Assembly (NCBI GenBank): GCA_951406725.2
Contig: OX597832.1
Span: forward strand, 54,622,001-54,686,000
Direction of reading: 5' to 3'
Origin: Octopus vulgaris
Lineage: Eukaryota
DNA: 64,000 bases
Shown here piece after piece: positions 55,671 through 64,000 of the stretch; positions within the stretch are counted from its first letter, which is position 1; every line of letters starts with the position of its first letter. A program made the position numbers and the translations under genes. Under the pieces are notes generated by a model. The model was not told where the DNA came from. It was given only the letters and a program-made list of their open reading frames with translations, and did not search any database.

Positions 55671-56338
55671 CTATGAAGAAAAATACAAGTAACTGCAGAG
55701 TATGTGTTGATGGGGAAGAAACAATAAATCGTATTGTCTCTGGCTGCCTGGTCCTGGCTAAGGAATATATCCACAGACATGACAGATTTGGCCCCTATGT
55801 ACATTGGTAGCTCGACCAACACTGTGGAATGACAACAGAAAAATGATGGTATCGTCAGACCCCAGAAAGGGTCTCAGAAAATAACAAAGCAACAATACTC
55901 TGAGATATGCCACTATATACAGACAGACAGATGAAGGGTAAAAGACCTGATATAGTAGTCAAGAAAAAAAATGCCTCTTTATCGACATATAAATTCCGAC
56001 AGATGATAATGTATCTCTAAAAGAAACAGAGAAACCCTCAAAATACAAAAAAAAAATGGAAATAGAGATAATCGGAATATTGAGTCTATAAACAGAACCA
56101 ATCTCTATAATAATAGGTATGATCAAAAGAATACAGACAAATGCATAATGAAAACATCAGGACTTAACGAATATGTATAACATACAGAAAATAACACTAC
56201 CAGGCATCGCACACATCCTACGTAAAACACTTTTAATACAGTGAAGATAAGAGCATCACAACAAACCACAGCACATGCCCAAGGCACACAGCGCTGCGCT
56301 CGGTAGTACAGTGAAAGCACGGGACAAAATTAAAACTA

Positions 56339-56341
<3 letters not shown>

Positions 56342-56400
<59 letters not shown>

Positions 56401-56422
56401 TAATAATAACAATGAGAATAAA

Positions 56423-56457
<35 letters not shown>

Positions 56458-56959
56458 TAACAACAACAACAACAACAACAACAATAATAATAATAATAAT
56501 GATAATAATAATAATAATAATTCGTTCGTTTAACGGTCACAAGGGCTAACAAAAATCAATTAAAACATAATTATAATAATAATTATGATAATACTAATAA
56601 TAATAACAAGAACAATAATAATAATAATAATAATAATAACAACAACAACAACAAAACAACAATAATAATAATAATATTAATAATAATAATAACGACAATA
56701 ATAATAACAATAACAATAAAAATAATAATAATAATAATAACAATAATAATAATAATAATAATAATAACAACAATAATAATAACAATAACAGTAAAAATAA
56801 TAATAATAATAACAACAATAATAATAATAATAATAATAATATTAATAATAATAATAATAATAATAAAAATATTAATAATAATATTAATAATAATAATAAT
56901 ATAATAACAATAACAATAAAAATAATAATAATAACAATAATAATAATAATAATAATAAC

Positions 56960-56990
<31 letters not shown>

Positions 56991-57110
56991 ATAATAATAA
57001 TAATAATAATATTAATAATAATAATAATAATAACAATAATTAACAATAACAATAAAAATAATAATAATAACAACAACAACAACAATAATAATAATAACAA
57101 CAACAACAAC

Positions 57111-57141
<31 letters not shown>

Positions 57142-57144
57142 GTA

Positions 57145-57181
<37 letters not shown>

Positions 57182-57240
57182 TAATAATAACAATAACAAT
57201 AAAAATAATAATAATAATAATAATAATAATGATAATAATT
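56342..57240. repeat. ~900-bp (AAT/AAC)n array between two Dong-type LINEs
   Basis: Direct inspection. Confidence 0.95.
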
Positions 57241-60200
57241 AAGAATTAAAACCTGATTTTACTGAGTTAAATGAAATTATTTACGCTTCTGCTAGGGCAA
57301 TTGAAACCAGCTGTATGCCCCCGAAAAAACAAAGAAAACAAAACCTGGGAAGAAATCAAACCTGGAGAAGTAAAATTGAAAAAGAGATTGAATTTATGAG
57401 AGGGGAAATATCAATATTAAATGAACTAATATGTGGAAATGATGTAAGATCCAGAACAGGAAGAAAGATGAAGAGAAAATTTGGATCCTCACCAAGAGAA
57501 GAACTGATATCAATAAAAGAAACGCTGAAACAAAAAGTCCAAGCAAAAGCCCAAAGAATACGAAGATTTGAGAAGAGAAACAAGTTTTACAAGCAAAATA
57601 AGCTGTTCACATCCAATGCCAAAAAATTCTACAGAGAAATAGGGAAGGAGAAAGTAACCGTTAAAGACCCCTCCCATGGAAGAAGTTCAAAACTTTTGGA
57701 AAAGGATTTGGAGTGACAAGAAGACGTACAACATAAATGCAGACTGGATTATACAAACTGAAGGATCCTACCAAAATTTACAACAACAAGCATGGGAAGA
57801 CATCACAATAGCAGACCTAAGAAAGGCACTCACGAAGGCCCATAATTGGAAATCCCCCGGTAAAGATAGGGTGCCGAATTTCTGGCTCGCATCGCTCCCG
57901 TGCGCACACGGTAAGCTAGTTCAGCTGCTCAATGGAATTATGAGAGACCCAAAGAAAACACCTGAATGGTTAGCAAGTGGCATTACTTACCTACTCCCAA
58001 AGAATAACGAAACCAACCTTCCAAAAAACTATCGGCCTATAACCTGTCTATCCACCACGTATAAAATCCTAACATCTATCCTGGCGGAGAAAACATATGC
58101 ATTCATGGAGAAGAACGATATTTTCCCCATTGAACAAAAAGGGTGCCGCCGAGGCTCTTACGGATGCAAAGATCAACTGCTAATCAATCGTATGATCCTT
58201 GAGAACTGTCACAACAAGCGCAGAAATCTCAGCACCGCATGGATTGACTATAAAAAGGCCTTCGACAGTATACCGCATTCATGGATCTTGAGATCCCTGG
58301 ACATCTTCAAAATTTCCCCTGTGATTTCAAACTTCCTGAAGCACAATATGTCGTTGTGGAATACGAATCTCCAATTATACCACTCTAATGGAGTACTTGC
58401 CTCAGAAAATATAAACATCAACTGTGGAATTTTTCAAGGTGACTCACTTTCACCTTTAATATTCTGCATAGCCCTAATACCCCTTACAAGGGAATTAAAC
58501 AGAACAGGGTATGGGTATAAAATTGCCAATAAAAAAATAAGCCATCTATTTTGTATGGATGACTTAAAACTTTATGGTAAAGACAATAATGAACTTGAAG
58601 GCCTATTGCGCACCGTGAAAGCATTCAGCGATGACAACGGGATGGAGTTTGGACTTGAGAAGTGTGCCAAGGCCACTTTCCAGAAAGGGAAAGTGAAGAC
58701 CACAAATTCAGTCGTGTTAGATGTTGACACAGTCATAAGAGAGCTTGAGCAAGAACAAACATACAAATATTTAGGGATAAATGAAGGCTCTGGTATTCAG
58801 CATGCAAGCATGAAAGAGAAAATCAGGAAGGAATGTTATAGGAGAGTTCGTGCAGTCCTGAAATCTGAACTAAATGCACGTAACAAGGTGTTAGCTATAA
58901 ATTCCTTAGCAGTTCCAGTTGTTACTTATAGCTACAATGTGTTGAACTGGAATATGAGTGAAGTAAAGAATATAGATAGAAAAATACGCAAGCTGCTGAG
59001 TTGTAATAGGATGCACCACCCAAAGGCAGACGTAGATCGCCTTTACCTTCCCAGAGCCCAAGGAGGTCGAGGCCTGATCCAATTTGAACTAGCTTACAAA
59101 ACAACCACAATTGGACTGGCCAAATATCTCGAAATATCGAATTATTGGATGCTAAAGCTCGTGGAAAATCACGAGAGACGAAAGAAGCTTCATTCTATCA
59201 TCAAGGAAAGCAAAAAATTTGCTATTGATCTCGTGCAGGATACCCAAACTGAACAACCCGAGGGAAGTACGGCAACTATTGTTGCAAAGAAGGTGAAAAT
59301 GATGGCAATGAAAAAAGCGCACGAGCAATTGGCTGATAGGTGGGAGGAGAAACCTCTGCACGGCAAATATGTGACCCGCAGCAAACAAGCTGATGTTGAC
59401 CAGAAGCAAACCCATCAGTGGCTGCGGAGCTCAGGGCTAAAAGCAGAGAGCGAAGGTTTCATCCTGGCTGCCCAAGACCAAAGCCTATTAACCCGGAACT
59501 ACCAGGCCAATGTGATGAAAAATGGAGCAGACCCAAAATGCCGATTCTGCAACGACATGATTGAAACAGTGGACCACCTAATCTCTGGATGTAAAGTCTT
59601 AGCACCAGTGGAGTATAAATTAAGACATGACAGAGTTGGCCAATATCTCCACTGGCTAATAAGTCGGCATTACAATATCAAAACTGCCGACAAGTGGTAT
59701 AATCACCACCCTGAGGCTGTAACTGAAGGAGAAAATGTAACCATTCTGTGGGACTTTCCAGTACATACAGACCGAACCATCAAGGCCAATAAACCAGATA
59801 TTGTTGTGAAAGACCAAAACAATAAAGTTTGCTTATTGATCGACATGAGCATCCCCTGTGATCATAATATCTCAGCGAAAGAGTTTGACAAGCTCAGAAA
59901 ATATAAGGACCTACTCATTGAAATTGAGAAAATGTGGCATCTCAAGGCGGTTACAATACCAGTGATCGTAGGAGCACTAGGAATGATCAAGAAGGGAACC
60001 GAAAATTATATGAGAATGATCCCTGGCTTACCATCCCTGCAAGAAGTGCAAAAGATTGTCTTAACTGGTACATCACACGTATTGAGAAGAGCATTGTCGA
60101 TGTGAGAACTGTTGCTGCTCATGTATTTTAATTTAACTTTAAAAAAAAAAAAAAAAAAAAATGAACGAGCTACTGAGTTTGGTTTAATGGCCTACCAATA

Positions 60201-60282
60201 TACACTATGAGTTTCTTTGCCCTAGGAGTCGGGAAGATACTCGGCAAGAAATGGAAGAAAATTTGAAAGAAGAAAAAAAAAA
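57241..60282 (+). mobile_element. young 5'-truncated R4/Dong-clade non-LTR retrotransposon
   Basis: Coding from ~57243 with one frameshift near 57670; 3' UTR and short poly(A) followed by (TAA)n; (TAA)n also at the 5' junction. Confidence 0.92.
57676..60105 (+). CDS. reverse transcriptase + CCHC zinc knuckle + restriction-like endonuclease (809-aa open part of the Dong-type ORF)
   Basis: NWKSPGKD, NYRPITCL, EQKGCR, WIDYKKAFDSIPH, GIFQGDSLSP, HLFCMDDLKLY (Y->C in YMDD), CRFC..ETVDHLISGC, RHD, KPDIVV..IDMSIP..KLRKY. Confidence 0.92.
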   Translation: MEEVQNFWKRIWSDKKTYNINADWIIQTEGSYQNLQQQAWEDITIADLRKALTKAHNWKSPGKDRVPNFWLASLPCAHGKLVQLLNGIMRDPKKTPEWLASGITYLLPKNNETNLPKNYRPITCLSTTYKILTSILAEKTYAFMEKNDIFPIEQKGCRRGSYGCKDQLLINRMILENCHNKRRNLSTAWIDYKKAFDSIPHSWILRSLDIFKISPVISNFLKHNMSLWNTNLQLYHSNGVLASENININCGIFQGDSLSPLIFCIALIPLTRELNRTGYGYKIANKKISHLFCMDDLKLYGKDNNELEGLLRTVKAFSDDNGMEFGLEKCAKATFQKGKVKTTNSVVLDVDTVIRELEQEQTYKYLGINEGSGIQHASMKEKIRKECYRRVRAVLKSELNARNKVLAINSLAVPVVTYSYNVLNWNMSEVKNIDRKIRKLLSCNRMHHPKADVDRLYLPRAQGGRGLIQFELAYKTTTIGLAKYLEISNYWMLKLVENHERRKKLHSIIKESKKFAIDLVQDTQTEQPEGSTATIVAKKVKMMAMKKAHEQLADRWEEKPLHGKYVTRSKQADVDQKQTHQWLRSSGLKAESEGFILAAQDQSLLTRNYQANVMKNGADPKCRFCNDMIETVDHLISGCKVLAPVEYKLRHDRVGQYLHWLISRHYNIKTADKWYNHHPEAVTEGENVTILWDFPVHTDRTIKANKPDIVVKDQNNKVCLLIDMSIPCDHNISAKEFDKLRKYKDLLIEIEKMWHLKAVTIPVIVGALGMIKKGTENYMRMIPGLPSLQEVQKIVLTGTSHVLRRALSM

Positions 60283-60545
60283 GTAATAATAATAATAATA
60301 ACCTATTGTTTTCGTTACTAGTAATACCACCACTACTATCACCAAACCCAACATCACGATCACCATCCCTACTACTACCACCACCATCACCACCACCACC
60401 ACCACCACCACCACCACCACCACCAACACTACTACTGTTACTACTACTACTGCTGTTGCTGCTGCTGCTACTACTATTACTACTGCTACTACTGCTGTTG
60501 CTGCTACTGCTGCTACTACTACTATTACTGTTGTTATTGCCGCTG

Positions 60546-60586
<41 letters not shown>

Positions 60587-60661
60587 GCTGCTGCTGTTGC
60601 TGCTGCTACTACAATTACTATTGCTGTTGTTATTGCTGCTGCTGTGCTGCTGCTGCTGCTG

Positions 60662-60738
<77 letters not shown>

Positions 60739-60954
60739 GCTACGGTAAGAAATACGTGAACAATAAAGAATATATTATTTTCCCACGCTATGAAGCAAAT
60801 GCACACCGCCCAAAGTAATAACGACAGGCTCTATTTAGCGAGAAGTAAAGACGTCAGATGTTCAATAAATCCAGAAGACACCATTAATACGGCGATATGG
60901 AGGTTTGATCAAATATGTTGTGAATGGTGAATAAAGACTGTTTAACTGTTTGAA

Positions 60955-61366
60955 TATTATTTTCTACTCCAGGCACAAAGCCTGCAATTTTGGGGGAGGA
61001 TTAGGGCTAGGCCAGTCGATTAGATTGAACCCAGTACGCAACTGGTACTTAATTTATCGATCTCGAGAGGATGAAAGGCAAAGCCGACCTGTGTGGAATT
61101 TGAACTCAGGAATTACAACCGTGTTTCGTGGTCTGCTACCACAACAGCTCCTTTATAGGATCCAGTTAGCTCAAGACATCATCAGGAGGAACCACGTCCG
61201 GTTTCGGCCCCTACTCCTCTACCGTTTTGACGTGGAGCCCACCCCCCTTTCGGAGGTGTCTTCAGCTCTGGTGTTGGGTGGATGTCTTCTTTCTTCTTCT
61301 TTCTTCAGTTCCCTGGCCTCTTAGCATTTCGCCCGGCGTCCTAACGTTTCTACCAACTCGCCGCCT
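60955..61366 (-). mobile_element. SINE family A (tail type 2) with TSD, interrupted by a 210-bp insert at 61110-61320
   Basis: AACTGTTTGAATAT / AACTGTTTAAATAT flank the copy; SINE halves lie either side of the insert. Confidence 0.8.
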
Positions 61367-61399
61367 AACTGTTTAAATATCGAAAACGTTATAGAAATG

Positions 61400-61845
61400 G
61401 CGAAGGATTTCCAGAATACTAAGAACAGCATGGCAAATAGCTGAAAAGAGAAATAACTATATGAACGATTTACGCAACAAACTGTGGAAGTTGCCAGTGT
61501 ATGACTCTGGTTGTGTGGCTGAGAGATGGGGATTTGAAAATAGAAACTGAAGCAGTATTTTAAGCCACTCAGGAATAAGCCATTAAAGCAAATTTTATAA
61601 AGACAACGACTGATAAAACGCAGTCTGGCAGCAAATGCACAATGTGTGGGAATGGGTGCAAAAGTATTATCTATCTTGTCAGTGAGTGCAGTAAGGTAGT
61701 TCAAAATGAGCATAAATCCAGACATGATTGTGTCAGTGAAAGAATGCTTTAGGCTGTCAGCTAAGTTTGTGGCTTGAAAGTAAGAGAAAAGTGGTGTGAA
61801 TACGAGTCGAAGCTCTGATGCTAAATGAATTGACTGCGATTTGGA
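61400..61845 (+). pseudogene. old Dong-type LINE zinc-knuckle/RLE fragment
   Basis: WLRDGDLKIETEA..QE*AIKANFIK..DKTQSGSKCTMCG..LVSECSK..SRHD. Confidence 0.75.
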
Positions 61846-64000
61846 CCGAGTTTGTGAATTTGAAGATACAGCTCAAACCAAAGAAGAACCGAAAGGAAAA
61901 AATAATTATAACGTTACCAATAAGGAAGGGACAACTGGCATCAGCGACTTTAGTGATTTAAGTGAGGAAGATCAGAAGATTTTAGATGAGTTACGGGATG
62001 TAATGAGTAAAGAAGTAAGAAAAAGATTGCCAGTATTTAAAGGCACCAACAGAATGAAGCTGTTAGAAATGACTATGAAAGTAGATTCTGTTATCAGTAG
62101 GATAGATGCTAAAAATATAGGAGACACTGACTTATTTATCAATGCAGGAGGGGTAGTAGTTATTAGAAGATTAGATATTCCACAAGGAAAGATTAGACAA
62201 GAGCAAATGTGGAAAAGGAAATGACAAAATAAAAGTGAAGACTTTAAGGCAAGATCTGAGTATAACAGAAACCTGGAAACTGAACAAGTTAGGAAACACA
62301 AGATGCAAATCTTCTCCCGAGAAAAAATATTTAGTCATAGAAAAAGGATTTGGGACAGTAATAGAAAAGTTGATACAGCGTATCATAACAGCAACAGGTA
62401 AGCTCTCAAGATATCAAAAAAGAATAGATGAGTATCAACAGAATAAATTATTTGAAGCAGGCCAGGGGAGATTTTATAACCAAATAAATAGTGGAGAAAG
62501 AAGTACTGAACATGAGAACCCAAATGCAGAAGAAGCTAGAAAGTTCTGGAGTAATATCTGGGATAAGCCAGTCAATCATAATGGACATGCAATATGGTTA
62601 AAGAAAGTGAGGGAAAAAATAGTGAGTGAGAAGCAGCCACATCTAAGACTAACTAGTGCAATAATGAGTAAAGTGTTAGGAAAAATGCCGAATTGGAAGG
62701 GCCCAGGACCAGATTTAGTTCAAGGGTACTGGCTAAAGAAATTTAGTAGTTTATATGGGAGGGAACAACTCAAGGATTGCCTTAATGGAGGAATAATACC
62801 AGATTGGATGACTAGAGGGAGGACAATACTCATTATGAAAGATAAGAGCAAGGGTAATACACTTAGCAACTATAGACCATTAGTGTGGAAGCTGTTAAGA
62901 GGAATGATTTCAGAAAGCATTTACGAGCACCTTGACAACCAGAATTTACTTCTAGAAGAACAGAAAGCTTGCAGGAAGAAGGCGAGAGGAACGCATGATC
63001 TATTAGACATAGACAAAGCAGTTCTAAATGAAGTAAAAGCTAGAAATAAAAATCTCACAATAACATGGATAGATTATAGGAAAGCCTTTGAAATTATCCC
63101 ACACTCGTGGATAAGTGAATGTTTGAGTATATTCAGTATTGCAGACAACATAAGAGAATTAATTAGCTTTAGCGTGAATAAATGAAAAATAGATCTCTAC
63201 TCAGGTGACAGATTAGGGAAAGTTTATATCAAGAGAGGAATGTTCCAAGAGGACTCGTTATCCCCTTTAATATTTGTCTTATGCTTGATCCCCCCAGTTT
63301 AGTATTAAGGAAAGCTAAGGCAGGGTATCAGTTCAGATATAGTAAGGGAAAAATTAACCATTTGCTCTACATGGATTTCTGGAACTTTTTAGTAAGAATG
63401 AGAAAGAGATAGTTCCTTAATACAGACCGTAAAACTCTTCAGCAAAGACACAGGTATGGAATTTGGCAGAAATAAGTGTGCAATATTAGGCATGTGAAGT
63501 GGACAGGTAGTCAACAGTGAAGGCATCCAATTACCAGATGGCTAGACATTAAAATTATTGAAAGGAGGAAAGAGTTATAAGTATCTAGGAGTATTAGAAT
63601 CTAACAGAGTACTAATTATAGAAATGCAAACGAAAATTGAGGAGTATATCAAAAGGCAAAGGAAGCTAGATGGTCCGAATCTAGTGTAAATACTTGGGCA
63701 GTATCATTATTTAGATACTCAGCAGCTTTTGTAGATTGGACAAAAACTGAATTAGCAAAGCTAGACAGAAGAACTAGGGAGGAATTCAATATGGATGAAG
63801 GACTCCAACAAACGGCAAGAGTAGCTTTGACTTCATTAGTTTTAACGTCTGGACAGGAAGACAAGAAAACTACTAACATCTAAGAACATGCACCACCCAA
63901 AAGCAGACGTTGATCATCTGTACCTACTTAGAAGTAATGGGGGAAGAGGAATGATGCAGGTAGAACTATGTTATAAGACCTCAACTATAGCAATGAACAA
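61846..64000 (+). pseudogene. degenerate Dong-type LINE, N-terminal region and RT, runs off the window end
   Basis: FWSNIW, MPNWKGPGPDLVQGYWLK, NYRP, EQKACRK, WIDYRKAF..IPHSWI, GMFQEDSLSPLIF, NHLLYMD, MHHPKADVD; several stops and frameshifts. Confidence 0.88.

Larger units (their letters stand above)
53995..56341 (+). pseudogene. old Dong-type LINE (late RT to 3' UTR) interrupted by CR1 and SINE B
   Basis: DKQLEALLQT..FGLETYAKAT..YKY; WQEKLLHGKY; CRVC..ETINRIVSGC..RHDR; KRPDIVV; HILRKTL; ends in (AAT)n. Confidence 0.85.

Overview
Repeat-dense, AT-rich animal genomic DNA. The SINE families and extreme microsatellite load resemble octopus/cephalopod DNA; this is my recollection and was not checked against a database. 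No host protein-coding exon can be supported, and nearly all ORFs in the track are microsatellite artefacts. The window holds three abundant tRNA-derived SINE families and many R4/Dong-type RLE LINE pieces, most abutting (TAA)n arrays, including a near-intact 3 kb copy at 57241-60282. It also holds CR1, RTE and Tx1-like fragments, a decayed Tc1-like DD36E transposon, mariner/pogo/piggyBac-like MITEs, and two Helitron pieces. The most striking unexplained structure is a set of about five distinct short non-coding element families, each carrying a minimal type-I hammerhead ribozyme motif (some degenerate), usually with a palindromic stem III. Several occur as head-to-head inverted pairs, often beside (TA)n tracts, and one has a U3-A8 core covariation. 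They look like non-autonomous Penelope-like or retrozyme-like elements. Coordinates of degenerate repeats are approximate (about +/-10 nt).
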